Positions 15,408 to 24,090 of a DNA stretch of 25,125 nt are shown here, in pieces. The DNA comes from Phycisphaerales bacterium (GTDB lineage Bacteria; Planctomycetota; Phycisphaerae; UBA1845; G020352895). The notes beneath the pieces were generated by a model. The model was not told where the DNA came from. It worked only from the letters and a program-made list of their open reading frames with translations, and ran no database searches. The stretch covers positions 1,819,120-1,844,244 of the forward strand of contig CP070685.1 of the NCBI GenBank assembly GCA_020352895.1. The letters run 5' to 3'. Position numbers and translations under genes: made by a program. Within the stretch, counting starts at the first letter, position 1. Each line of letters starts with the position of its first letter.

Positions 15408-15435
15408 CTTGACACTAATAGGCCTCTTGCTACCA
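15408..15435 (+). promoter_or_regulatory. Candidate sigma70-type promoter for the BMC operon
   Basis: Perfect -35 TTGACA (15408-15413), 16-nt spacer, -10 TACCAT (15430-15435). It lies about 40 nt upstream of the rpiB-deoC ATG. Confidence 0.35.
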
Positions 15436-15472
15436 TGCCCGATCGCCGTCGCGGCAGGTGCGAAAGGACACG

Positions 15473-16897
15473 ATGCCCTCTTCTTCAAAGATAGATTCGG
15501 TCGCCATCGGCTCGGATCATGCCGGCTTCGGCTTGAAGAAGCATCTGCGCGAGTATCTCGAGAAACAGGGCTACCGTGTGGAGGACTGCGGCACGTTCAG
15601 CGAAGACCCCGTGGATTACCCGCGCATCGCCCACGCGGTGGCGGGACGCGTGGCCGGCCGGCGCGCCACCTTGGGCATCGTCATCGACGGCGCGGGCATC
15701 GGTTCGGCCATGGCTGCCAACAAAATGCCCGGAGTCCGCGCCGCCTTGTGCTACGATCTTTCCTCGGCGCGCAACAGCCGCGAGCACAACAATGCCAACG
15801 TCATGACACTCGGAGCCCGCCTGATCGGCGGGGGCCTGGCCGAGCAGATGGTCGATGTCTGGCTGACCACCGAGTGCACTGAGGAGCGCCACCTGCGGCG
15901 GGCGGCCATGATCGAGGATGTCTCCGGGGCTCCGTCCGTATCATCCGGCAATCCCTCGGCGACACCTACGCCTCCGGCCGACGCACCGCCCACGGGCGAC
16001 CTGGCCGGCCTGTCCGGCGAGGACCTGCAGCGCGTCGTGGAGCGCATCGCCGCCATCATCAGCACCGGTCAGGTACTGCCCTCCGGTCTGGGCGGCTCCT
16101 GCGCGGAGTTGCTCTGTCGGCTGGCCCGGGAATCCGGCCGTACCGATCCCGAGACCGTCCGGCATTTCATCGGCCTGGGTGCCGACCGGGTCGGCCATCG
16201 CCCGGGCGACGGCGAATTGCCCAGGGACATCGCCGAATACATCGATCACACCCTGCTGCGCCCCGACGCCACCCGCGAGGAAATCATCAAGCTTTGTCAG
16301 GAGGCCCGCCAGCACTCCTTCGCTTCCGTGTGTGTGAACCCGACCTACGTCACCCTGGCGGCCCGTGAGTTGAAAGGTACGCCGGTCAAGGTGTGCACCG
16401 TGGTCGGCTTTCCGCTGGGAACCCACACTCCTGAGATTAAGGCCATGGAGACCCGCCGGGCCATTCGCGAAGGCGCCAGGGAAATCGACATGGTCATTAA
16501 CGTGGGCGCGCTCAAGAGCGGCGACGACGAAACGGTCCTGCGCGACATCGCGGCCGTGACCGAAGCCTGCCGTGACGGCCGTGCCATTTGCAAGGTGATC
16601 ATTGAGGCGGCCCTGCTGACCGACGAGGAGAAGGTCCGGGCCTGCCAGTTGGCTCGCCGGGCCAAAGCCGATTACGTCAAGACCTCCACCGGTTTCGGGC
16701 CGGGCGGGGCCACCGCCCACGACGTGGCCCTGATGAGCCGGACCGTTCGCGAGGCCGGCATTGGCGTCAAAGCTGCCGGTGGCATCCGCAGCTTCGCTGA
16801 CGCCCAGAAAATGATCGAGGCCGGGGCCACCCGCGTGGGGGCCAGCGCCGGCGTCAAGATCGTCAAGGAGGCCAAGGACGTGACCGAGTCCGTTTAG
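15473..16897 (+). CDS. deoC: Fusion protein: ribose-5-phosphate isomerase B (RpiB/LacAB) N-terminal domain, a Pro/Ala/Ser-rich linker, and deoxyribose-phosphate aldolase (DeoC) C-terminal domain
   Basis: The ATG at 15473 has an AAAGGA RBS; the track begins at a GTG at 15458. The N-terminal '[35 protein letters not shown]...[28 protein letters not shown]...[12 protein letters not shown]' is RpiB-like. The C-terminal '[11 protein letters not shown]...[10 protein letters not shown]...[11 protein letters not shown]...[14 protein letters not shown]...[14 protein letters not shown]...[14 protein letters not shown]...[10 protein letters not shown]' is DeoC-like and includes the Schiff-base Lys region. 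Confidence 0.85.
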   Translation: MPSSSKIDSVAIGSDHAGFGLKKHLREYLEKQGYRVEDCGTFSEDPVDYPRIAHAVAGRVAGRRATLGIVIDGAGIGSAMAANKMPGVRAALCYDLSSARNSREHNNANVMTLGARLIGGGLAEQMVDVWLTTECTEERHLRRAAMIEDVSGAPSVSSGNPSATPTPPADAPPTGDLAGLSGEDLQRVVERIAAIISTGQVLPSGLGGSCAELLCRLARESGRTDPETVRHFIGLGADRVGHRPGDGELPRDIAEYIDHTLLRPDATREEIIKLCQEARQHSFASVCVNPTYVTLAARELKGTPVKVCTVVGFPLGTHTPEIKAMETRRAIREGAREIDMVINVGALKSGDDETVLRDIAAVTEACRDGRAICKVIIEAALLTDEEKVRACQLARRAKADYVKTSTGFGPGGATAHDVALMSRTVREAGIGVKAAGGIRSFADAQKMIEAGATRVGASAGVKIVKEAKDVTESV

Positions 16898-16919
16898 TCT
16901 CAGCGGGAGGACCGATTAC

Positions 16920-17546
16920 GTGGTAGATCTTCGTTCCTACGTGTTTCTGGACAGCCTTCAGCCCCAGTACGCCGCCTTCCTGGGCACCGTGGCTCAAGGG
17001 TTTCTCCCTATCGCCGGCATGGCCTCGCTCTACGTGGAGATCTCTCCGGGTATCGAGATCAACCGGATCACGGACATCGCCTTGAAGTCCACACATGTCA
17101 CCCCGGGCATGCAGATCGTCGAACGGCTCTATGGGTTGCTGGAGATCCACTCCGAATCCCAGGCCGACGTGCGCCAGGCTGGCCGGGCCATCCTTTCGGC
17201 TCTGGAACTGGACGAGAAGGATCGGCGCAAACCGCGCGTCCTGTCCTCGCAAGTTATCCGCCGCATCGACGACCACCAGACGCAGTTGATTAATCGCATG
17301 CGTCACGGCAACATGATCGAGCCGGGCCAGACCCTGTACGTGATGGAACTGGAGCCAGCGGCCTACGCCGCTTTGGCGGCCAACGAGGCCGAGAAGGCCG
17401 CCAACATCAACATCCTTGAAGTCCGCTCCTACGGCAGCTTCGGCCGCGTGTACCTGGGCGGCGAGGAACGTGACATCGACGTCGGCTACCGCGCCGCCGA
17501 AAGCGCCATCGCCGGCGTCACCGGACGCGAAGCGGAACAAAAGTAA
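16920..17546 (+). CDS. Tandem BMC-domain shell protein (BMC-T-like), copy 1
   Basis: GTG start at 16920 preceded by GGAGG. Two BMC-like halves are present: '[56 protein letters not shown]' and '[60 protein letters not shown]'. Both parallel the (L)GxIE...A.A.DA..KAA.V.L pattern seen in the canonical BMC-H that follows. Confidence 0.6.
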   Translation: MVDLRSYVFLDSLQPQYAAFLGTVAQGFLPIAGMASLYVEISPGIEINRITDIALKSTHVTPGMQIVERLYGLLEIHSESQADVRQAGRAILSALELDEKDRRKPRVLSSQVIRRIDDHQTQLINRMRHGNMIEPGQTLYVMELEPAAYAALAANEAEKAANINILEVRSYGSFGRVYLGGEERDIDVGYRAAESAIAGVTGREAEQK

Positions 17547-17586
17547 GCCTATTGCCAACCTGAATATGCATTGAGAGGTATCGAAT

Positions 17587-17901
17587 ATGGCAGAAGCCCT
17601 GGGAATGATTGAGACGCGCGGATTTGCCGCCATGGTCGAAGCTTCCGACGCGATGGTCAAAGCGGCCAAGGTCGAGCTGGTCAGCTACGAGAAGATCGGC
17701 GGCGGCTACGTGACGGCCATCGTGCGCGGCGATGTCGCCGCGGTCCGGGCGGCATGTGAGGCGGGACAGGCGGCGGCATCACGCGTCGGCGAGATCGTCT
17801 CCGTGCACGTCATCGCCCGTCCGCACACCAATATCGATCTGGTTCTTCCTCTGGGTCGGACCGAGCAGGTCAAGGCCGAGGTCAAGAAGATCACCAGATA
17901 G
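17587..17901 (+). CDS. BMC-H hexameric shell protein (PduA/EutM/CcmK family)
   Basis: '[60 protein letters not shown]' is the canonical BMC domain. 104 aa, ATG at 17587. Confidence 0.9.
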   Translation: MAEALGMIETRGFAAMVEASDAMVKAAKVELVSYEKIGGGYVTAIVRGDVAAVRAACEAGQAAASRVGEIVSVHVIARPHTNIDLVLPLGRTEQVKAEVKKITR

Positions 17902-17976
17902 TCCCGACTTCTCCGCTTGCAGGCCTCCGCCTGTGGTCGCGTCCGTCGCGGCCGCTACGCGGAGCGAGGAGGACGG

Positions 17977-18273
17977 ATGTTATTGGCCAAAGTCATCGGT
18001 ACCGTGGTGGCCACGCGCAAGGAGCAGAGCATGGAAGGGCTGCGCTTCATGCTGCTCCGCCAGGTGGATCTGGACGGTCACGAGTCCGGCGGGCACGTGG
18101 TCGCCGCGGACGTGGTCGGCGCCGGCCCCGGAGAGATGGTCCTCTACGCCACGGGCAGCTCCGCCCGCCAGACCGTCGCAACGGACAAGCGCCCCTGCGA
18201 CGCGGTGATCATGGCCATCGTGGATAACTGGGAAGTCAACGGCCAGATCAAATACAAGAAGGGAGCCGAATGA
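17977..18273 (+). CDS. BMC-P pentameric vertex protein (EutN/PduN/CcmL family), paralog 1
   Basis: The ATG at 17977 ([17 protein letters not shown]...) has a GAGGAGG RBS; the track starts at 17917. '...[11 protein letters not shown]...[24 protein letters not shown]...[13 protein letters not shown]' is typical EutN/CcmL. Confidence 0.85.
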   Translation: MLLAKVIGTVVATRKEQSMEGLRFMLLRQVDLDGHESGGHVVAADVVGAGPGEMVLYATGSSARQTVATDKRPCDAVIMAIVDNWEVNGQIKYKKGAE

Positions 18274-18296
18274 CCCGTTTCCTCGGGCGCTGACCC

Positions 18297-19757
18297 ATGG
18301 CCGGACTGACCGAACAACAGGTCGAACGCATCGCTCGCCAGGTGGTCGAACGTCTCGGCGGGGCAGTCCCCGTCCCCGGCGTACCGGCTTCGGCCGCAGC
18401 GCCTGCGGCGGCGGTTCCCCCCGTCGAGCTCGTCGAGGGCATCTTTGCCGACGTGGACTCGGCCGTTCATGCCGCCGCCGCCGCACAGCGCGAACTGATG
18501 GGAATGACCATCAAGAAGCGCGATCAGATCGTCGCCAGCATCCGCCAGGCCATGGCCGCCAACTGCGAGTCTCTGGCCCGGATGGCTCACGAGGAAACCG
18601 GCCTGGGACGCATCGAGGATAAGATCGTCAAGAACTCCACCGTCACCGAGAAGACGCCCGGCACCGAGGACCTCACGCCGGACGCTCGTTCCGGTGATCG
18701 CGGGCTGGTCCTTTTCGAGCCCGCGCCCTTCGGCGTCATTGGGGCGATCACGCCGATTACCAACCCGACCTCCACCATCATCTGCAACACCATCGGCATG
18801 GTCGCGGCCGGCAACGGAGTCGTGTTCAACGTGCATCCCGGTGCCAAGCGCTGCTCGGTACACAATGTCTACCTGATCAATCAAGCCATCCTGAAGGTGG
18901 GCGGCCCCGCCAACCTGGTCACCGCCGTGGCCGAGCCGACCATCGAGTCCGCCCAGGCCCTCATGAAACATCCCGACGTGAACCTCATCGTCGTGACCGG
19001 CGGGCCCGGTGTCGTGCGGGCGGCCCTCAACAGTGGCAAACGGGCCGTTTGCGCCGGCCCCGGCAACCCGCCCGTGGTCGTCGACGAAACTGCCGACCTC
19101 GAGCAAGCCGGCCGCGACGTCGTCTACGGCGCCTCATTCGACAACAACGTCGTCTGCGTCGACGAGAAGACGCTCATCGTCGTTGACTCGATCGCCGACG
19201 AGTTGGTGCGATCCATGACCCGGCAGGGGGCCATCAGGCTGACACCCGTACAGGCCCGCCAGATGGAGCGGGCGCTCTTCGTCGAGAACAACGGTCCCGG
19301 CAAACCGTCCGTCGTGGACAAAGACCTGATCGGCCGGAACGCCAACGTGATCCTCGCCCGCATCGGAGTCAAGGCGGATGCTTCGGTGCGCTTGGCCGTC
19401 ATGGAGGTTCCCGCCGATCACACTCTGGTGTGGACCGAGCAACTCCTGCCGGTCCTTCCCATGGTCCGGGTCAAGACCGCCGACGAAGGCATCGACCTGG
19501 CCGTGCGCTCGGAACAGGGCATGCGTCACACGGCCGTCATGCACTCCAAGAATCTGGACAATCTCAGCAAGATGGCCCGCGTGATGAACTGCAGTATTTT
19601 CGTCAAGAACGGTCCGGCCGTCGCGGGACTCGCCGCCGGCGGAGAGGGCTATTGTTCCTTCACCATCGCCAGCCCCACGGGAGAGGGCCTGACCAAGGCC
19701 CGCCATTTCTCCCGCGCCAGACGCTGCACCTTGGTGGACCACTTTCGAATCGTATGA
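18297..19757 (+). CDS. CoA-acylating aldehyde dehydrogenase (PduP/EutE-type BMC signature enzyme)
   Basis: 486 aa. The N-terminal ~60 residues are Ala/Pro/Val-rich and look like an encapsulation-peptide or linker region. 'GAITPITNPTSTIICNTIGMVAAGNGVVFNVHPGAKRCS' is the PduP/EutE active-site region with the catalytic Cys in 'VVCVDE'. Its stop overlaps the next start (ATGA at 19754-19757). Confidence 0.85.
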   Translation: MAGLTEQQVERIARQVVERLGGAVPVPGVPASAAAPAAAVPPVELVEGIFADVDSAVHAAAAAQRELMGMTIKKRDQIVASIRQAMAANCESLARMAHEETGLGRIEDKIVKNSTVTEKTPGTEDLTPDARSGDRGLVLFEPAPFGVIGAITPITNPTSTIICNTIGMVAAGNGVVFNVHPGAKRCSVHNVYLINQAILKVGGPANLVTAVAEPTIESAQALMKHPDVNLIVVTGGPGVVRAALNSGKRAVCAGPGNPPVVVDETADLEQAGRDVVYGASFDNNVVCVDEKTLIVVDSIADELVRSMTRQGAIRLTPVQARQMERALFVENNGPGKPSVVDKDLIGRNANVILARIGVKADASVRLAVMEVPADHTLVWTEQLLPVLPMVRVKTADEGIDLAVRSEQGMRHTAVMHSKNLDNLSKMARVMNCSIFVKNGPAVAGLAAGGEGYCSFTIASPTGEGLTKARHFSRARRCTLVDHFRIV

Positions 19758-20374
19758 AAACTTTTCCGGCCATTGCTCTGATCGAACTGGACAGCATCGC
19801 CCGTGGTGCTCTCGCCGGCGACGCCATGGTCAAGAAGGCACCCATCGAGATGCTGCGCTCGGGCACGGTGCACCGGGGCAAGTATCTGGTGCTCGTGGGG
19901 GGCACGGTGGCCGCTGTGGAGGAGTCCTTCGAGGAAGGCCTGCGCGTGGCCGGCGACCGCCTGGTCGATCGTGTCATCCTGCCGGACGTGCATGAGCAGG
20001 TCCACGATGCTGTGCTCGGTGCGCGTCGAGCCGAAGCGGACGACGCCCTGGGAGTGATCGAGACCTCGACCGTGGCCGCCACCATCCACGCGGCCGATGT
20101 GGGAGTCAAAGGTGCCGCCGTGACCGTCAAGGAGATTCGCCTGGCCGACGGACTGGGCGGCAAGGGAATCGTACTGTTTACCGGCAAAGTGGCCGACGTC
20201 GAGGCCGCCGTGGCCATCGGCACGAGCGTCCTGGACGAACACAAATGCGACGTGTGCACGACGGTCATTCCGTCGCTTCACTCGGAGATGGTCAGCAACA
20301 TGATTGAGACGTCGCGGTTCTTCTCTGCGGGCCGAGAGACTGAACGCCCCGGCGGTGTTTCGGAAGAGGGATAA
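19754..20374 (+). CDS. Tandem BMC-domain shell protein (BMC-T-like), copy 2
   Basis: The ATG at 19754 (MKTFPAIALIELDSIARGALAGDAMVKKAPIEML...) is translationally coupled to the aldehyde dehydrogenase. The two BMC-like halves are 'IALIELDSIARGALAGDAMVKKAPIEMLRSGTV..GKYLVLVGGTVAAVEES' and 'ALGVIETSTVAATIHAADVGVKGAAVTVKEIRLADGLGGKGIVLFTGKVADVEAAVAIG'. Confidence 0.7.
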   Translation: MKTFPAIALIELDSIARGALAGDAMVKKAPIEMLRSGTVHRGKYLVLVGGTVAAVEESFEEGLRVAGDRLVDRVILPDVHEQVHDAVLGARRAEADDALGVIETSTVAATIHAADVGVKGAAVTVKEIRLADGLGGKGIVLFTGKVADVEAAVAIGTSVLDEHKCDVCTTVIPSLHSEMVSNMIETSRFFSAGRETERPGGVSEEG

Positions 20375-20378
20375 TGAC

Positions 20379-20651
20379 GTGCTGTTCGGTCGGGTGATTG
20401 GAACGGTGACCCCTTGCGTCAGTGTCGAGGGCATGACCGGCGTGCCCCTGCTCATCGTCGAGCCGCTGGACAAGACCCTCCAGCCGTCCGGTCGGCCCCT
20501 TGTCTGCGCCGACGCCACCAAACAAGCCGGCCCCGAGCAGTTGATTTACTACGAGGGCGGGCGCGAGGCCGCTCTGGCCCTCGATCCGTGGTTTGTTCCC
20601 GTCGATCACACCATCGTCGGCATCGTCGATGGCGTGCATCGCCGGGAGTAG
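20379..20651 (+). CDS. BMC-P vertex protein (EutN/CcmL family), paralog 2
   Basis: GTG at 20379 (M)LFGRVIGTVTPCVSVEGMTGVPLLIVEPLD...QLIYYEGGREAALALDPWFVPVDHTIVGIVDGV, with a GAAGAGGGA RBS 8 nt upstream. The track ORF 20304..20651 extends upstream without homology. Confidence 0.75.
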   Translation: MLFGRVIGTVTPCVSVEGMTGVPLLIVEPLDKTLQPSGRPLVCADATKQAGPEQLIYYEGGREAALALDPWFVPVDHTIVGIVDGVHRRE

Positions 20652-20696
20652 GAGTCCGGCCACAGCCGGCTGGAATGTCGGTGTCCGGGGGTTCCC

Positions 20697-20999
20697 ATGA
20701 TTCTCGGCGTAGTGAAAGGTGCCATTTACTCGACGATCAACCATCCGGTGTATGATCACCGCAGGCTGCTGATCGTCGATCGCATTCATCCGGACGGGAC
20801 CCCGACCGGCGGATACATCATCGCCCTCGACACCGTCTATGCCGGCGATGGGGAAACGGTCCTGGTCATCGATGAGGGGAATTCCTCTCGGCAGGTAATC
20901 GACGACCCCATGGCCCCGGTCCGATCGGTCATCATCGGGGTGGTGGACGAGATTGCCGCCGACGGACGCACGCTCTATCGTTGCCCCCACCTTCCGTGA
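20697..20999 (+). CDS. BMC-P vertex protein (EutN/CcmL family), paralog 3
   Basis: 'MILGVVKGAIYSTINHPVYDHRRLLIVDRIHPDGTPTGGYIIALDTVYAGDGETVLVIDEGNSSRQV...VIIGVVDEI' is an EutN-like fold pattern. 100 aa. Confidence 0.75.
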   Translation: MILGVVKGAIYSTINHPVYDHRRLLIVDRIHPDGTPTGGYIIALDTVYAGDGETVLVIDEGNSSRQVIDDPMAPVRSVIIGVVDEIAADGRTLYRCPHLP

Positions 21000-21082
21000 C
21001 GTGCCGTGGCCGGCGTGGGCATCCGTGACAGGAACTCACAGGATACCGCCGCGGCCCTACATAGAGGGATGACAGAAGGTCA

Positions 21083-21757
21083 ATGCCCGCAGAATGGCAG
21101 CTCAGGCGCAAGATCGTCGACATCGCTCGTCGGGTGCACGCGCAAGGCTTCGTCGCGGCAACTGACGGGAACATCAGTGCGCGGGCCATGGGCGACCGCA
21201 TGTTCATCACGCCGTCCGGGACCTGCCTCGGCGAGTTGAATCCGGCCGACCTGCTCTACCTGGATTTCGAGCGGCGCGTGCTGGCCGGACGGGGCCGGCC
21301 GTCCAGCGAACTGGCTCTCCATATTGAGGTCTATCACCAGCGGCCCGACGTGCAGGCCGTGATTCATGCCCACCCGCCCGTCACCAACGCCTTCAGCTTT
21401 GCCGGCCTTTCCCTGGCCGACCCGGTCATACCCGAGGTCGTCGTCGCCTTCGGTGCCATTCCCACCACCGAGTATGCCACTCCCTCCAGCGAGGAAGGCC
21501 CCATGGTCATCCGCGGGCTCATCCGACGTCACGACGTGCTTATCCTGCAGCGGCATGGATCGCTAACCGTTGGGGCCGACCTCTCGGACGCCTACCACAA
21601 GCTGGAAAAGCTCGAGCACGCCGCTCGGACCCTTCTGGCGGCCCGCCAACTGGGCAGCGTGAGGGAATTGTCTCCGGACGAGCTGGACCGTCTGGCCACA
21701 GTGGCCGAGAAGCTGGGTTACGGGCGGTCCAGGCTGATTCCGCCCTCCTCACCCTGA
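21083..21757 (+). CDS. Class II aldolase/adducin-family protein (L-fuculose-/L-rhamnulose-phosphate aldolase-like)
   Basis: '...IVDIARRVHAQGFVAATDGNISAR...MFITPSGTCLGEL...ELALHIEVYHQRPDVQAVIHAHPPVTNAFS' shows the metal-binding His cluster typical of FucA/RhaD. 224 aa. Confidence 0.8.
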   Translation: MPAEWQLRRKIVDIARRVHAQGFVAATDGNISARAMGDRMFITPSGTCLGELNPADLLYLDFERRVLAGRGRPSSELALHIEVYHQRPDVQAVIHAHPPVTNAFSFAGLSLADPVIPEVVVAFGAIPTTEYATPSSEEGPMVIRGLIRRHDVLILQRHGSLTVGADLSDAYHKLEKLEHAARTLLAARQLGSVRELSPDELDRLATVAEKLGYGRSRLIPPSSP

Positions 21758-21898
21758 GCCGAAAGACCGCCCGACTCCCCGGTGGCTTCCATTTGTATCC
21801 TCATGCTTCCGGCCGTAAAATTAACCTGAACCCAGAAGCATGGGGCATATCCGTCAAGAGAGTCAGATACGTAGGCTCCGTGATCGGGAGAACCTGTC

Positions 21899-22414
21899 GT
21901 GGATGACGTTAAAACCTGTCAAGGCTGTGGAGCCAGTATTTACCAGGAGCATCTTGACCGGGGTATGGCCGGCTTCGTCGCCGGCAAGCTGCTCTGCAAC
22001 GTGTGCCGCAACCAGACCTTGGGCGGGCCCTCGGCGCCCAGTCCCGGCTCTTCCGGTTCGATGCCCTCGGCCGTCGATCCTTCCGAGGAGACCATCCGGC
22101 TGGTGGATGATGCTGAGGTATCTGCTTCTGTCTCGCCGGGCGGGTCCATGATGGGCGATACGCGTGTGCCCATCGGCCGGGCCGCCTCCGATCTGGTCCT
22201 GACCAGAGCGATGGTCAAGGGCGCCAATGCAACGCGGTGCCGTACTTTCCATGCCAAGCTAAGCGAAGGCGCCTTATCTTACATGGACGAGCAGTTCAAC
22301 GAGTGGTGCGACAGGAACCCGGAAATCGAGGTGAAGTTCGCCACCCAGACGGTGGGCATCTTCGAAGGCAAGCACTCTGCCGAGCAGCACTTGATACTGA
22401 CCGTGTTCTACTGA
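21899..22414 (+). CDS. Hypothetical small protein with an N-terminal CxxC...CxxC zinc-ribbon and a conserved-looking C-terminal domain
   Basis: GTG start at 21899 with GGGAG 8 nt upstream. 'TCQGCGASIYQEHLDRGMAGFVAGKLLCNVCRN' has four Cys. A low-complexity Ser/Pro linker follows, then 'RCRTFHAKLSEGALSYMDEQFNEWCDRNPEIEVKFATQTVGIFEGKHSAEQHLILTVFY'. No known family was recognised. Confidence 0.4.
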   Translation: MDDVKTCQGCGASIYQEHLDRGMAGFVAGKLLCNVCRNQTLGGPSAPSPGSSGSMPSAVDPSEETIRLVDDAEVSASVSPGGSMMGDTRVPIGRAASDLVLTRAMVKGANATRCRTFHAKLSEGALSYMDEQFNEWCDRNPEIEVKFATQTVGIFEGKHSAEQHLILTVFY

Positions 22415-22444
22415 TCGACTTGGCCCCGGCCCCGAGTAGCCCGG

Positions 22445-24022
22445 TCAGATGTTCAGTTGCACCAGCGGCCGTTCGGCCTGCTCCGGGCACTCCAGAGGAA
22501 TAGTCAGCGTGAACGTCGATCCCCTGCCCGGCTCGCTTCTGAGCGTCAGCGAGCCCCCCAGAAGCCCGGCCAACTCCTTGCTGATGGGAAGCCCCAGCCC
22601 CGTGCCGCCCTGTCTGCGCGTCAGCGAGCCGTCCACCTGGCGGAATTTCTGGAACACGGCCGCCTGGTCTTCCGGGGCAATACCCGGCCCCGTATCGCGG
22701 ACCGAGACGCGCATGTGTTCCTCGTCCAGCATGCCCACGCTCACCGCGATCGTCCCCCGCTCCGGCGTGAATTTGATCGCGTTGCTCAGGAGATTGTACA
22801 GAATCTGCCGAATCCTCCCCGCATCCGAATGAAGCTCGGGCAGCCTCTCTTCGATCTCCAGATTCAGCCGCAAATCCCTCTTGTCCAGCAGCGGCTTGGT
22901 GAAGGCCAGCAGCTCCTCGCAGATCTCGGCCATTCGAAACCGCGTGCGGTGCAATTTTGCCTTGCCCGCCTCGATCTTGGCCAGATCCAGCAGGTCGTTG
23001 ATGAGATCCAGAAGCATACGCCCGGAGGTGAGGATGTTCGTCGCGTAGCGATGAACGCGCTGGGCCGCCTCCGGTGACGCGGGTGCGGGCCCGGACGCCT
23101 CGGCTTGCGTCTGATTCGTATCCTGATCCGGCGACGTGGCATCACGCAGCAACTCTGCGAACCCGATGATCGAGCTGAGCGGCGTGCGGAGCTCGTGGCT
23201 CACATTCGCCAGAAACTCCGACTGCAGCCGGTGCGACTCGTACAGGTTCACATTGGTCTGGGCCAGCTCGCCCAGCCGCGTGTCCAGCGAACGGTTGATC
23301 GTCTCCAGCTCGTCGCGCGACTTGGCCAGGCTGGTCAGCATGCGGTTGAAGGTGTGCGACAGATCCTCGAACTCGTCCCCCGTCTGGATGGTCGAACGAA
23401 CCTGCAGGTCCCCCTGCTCGACCTGCTCAGCCACCAGCTCCAGGTCCCGTACCGGCGAGAGGATCAGTTTGGTCACCACCAGGTAGAAGACCAGAATGGC
23501 CAGCAGCCCGGCCAGCACCACCGCCATCAGCACCAGCAGATTGTTCCACTTGGTTAGATACGAGAACTTGGCCTCCATCCGCACCGACACCGCCCCCAGC
23601 AGGCGGTGCGAAGGCTCGTGGCCCGCCTCGTCTCGCACGGCCAATGCCAGCCGGTACCACTCCCTGCCCTCCTCATCCTGCACCCGCTCCAGCCGGAATT
23701 CGCTGCCGTGCGGCCCCACCATTCCCTCCAGCGCCCGCCGCACAAACGGGTCCAGGCTCTCTTCCTCCAGCAGCCCCGGGCGCATCTTGATCAGCTCGAC
23801 ATTCGGCTCATTTGTGGTCCACTCGTCCCGGCGCAGGTCGATTCGCTCCCGGGCCTGCTCGGCGATGTGCATGGCCTCCCGCCGGTGCAGCTCGTCCACC
23901 AGCTTGTTCATCTGGAACCACGGGACCGCCAGAGCCGCGGCGATGATCAGCAGCACGGCCAGACCAAACAGAAGCTGGCACTTGACCGCCAGGGATATCT
24001 GTGAGACTTTCAGCTTGGGCAC
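22445..24022 (-). CDS. Membrane sensor histidine kinase (2 TM + HAMP-like + HisKA + HATPase_c)
   Basis: GTG start at 24020-24022. The N-terminus has TM1 'LLFGLAVLLIIAAALAVPWF', followed by a region of about 110 aa and then TM2 'LLVLMAVVLAGLLAILVFYLVV'. The H-box is 'FLANVSHELRTPLSSIIGFAELL'. The N/G1/G2 boxes are '...LYNLLSNAIKFT...DTGPGI...GGTGLGLPISKELAGLLGGSL'. No response regulator is adjacent in the window. Confidence 0.8.
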   Translation of the reverse strand: MPKLKVSQISLAVKCQLLFGLAVLLIIAAALAVPWFQMNKLVDELHRREAMHIAEQARERIDLRRDEWTTNEPNVELIKMRPGLLEEESLDPFVRRALEGMVGPHGSEFRLERVQDEEGREWYRLALAVRDEAGHEPSHRLLGAVSVRMEAKFSYLTKWNNLLVLMAVVLAGLLAILVFYLVVTKLILSPVRDLELVAEQVEQGDLQVRSTIQTGDEFEDLSHTFNRMLTSLAKSRDELETINRSLDTRLGELAQTNVNLYESHRLQSEFLANVSHELRTPLSSIIGFAELLRDATSPDQDTNQTQAEASGPAPASPEAAQRVHRYATNILTSGRMLLDLINDLLDLAKIEAGKAKLHRTRFRMAEICEELLAFTKPLLDKRDLRLNLEIEERLPELHSDAGRIRQILYNLLSNAIKFTPERGTIAVSVGMLDEEHMRVSVRDTGPGIAPEDQAAVFQKFRQVDGSLTRRQGGTGLGLPISKELAGLLGGSLTLRSEPGRGSTFTLTIPLECPEQAERPLVQLNI

Positions 24023-24090
24023 GGCCGTATTCTAACCGCCGGGTCGCGATTCCGCCCCCCGCGCGGAGGAAACTGCCGCTCTGAGGTGAA

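Noticed and set aside
13806-15488. 560-aa minus-strand ORF
   Set aside because: It is antisense to the AdkA-like/NDT-like gene and part of the rpiB-deoC gene, with a Gly/Val/Asp/His-rich shadow translation.
15941-20990. Several long minus-strand ORFs (15941-16720, 18144-19106, 19134-19742, 19649-20521, 20292-20990) across the BMC operon
   Set aside because: All are antisense to well-supported plus-strand genes (DeoC, aldehyde dehydrogenase, BMC shell proteins) and have low-complexity translations.
22449-23557. Plus-strand ORFs inside the histidine kinase region (22457-23077, 23105-23557 and others)
   Set aside because: Antisense to the kinase gene, which has unambiguous H-box and ATPase motifs on the minus strand.
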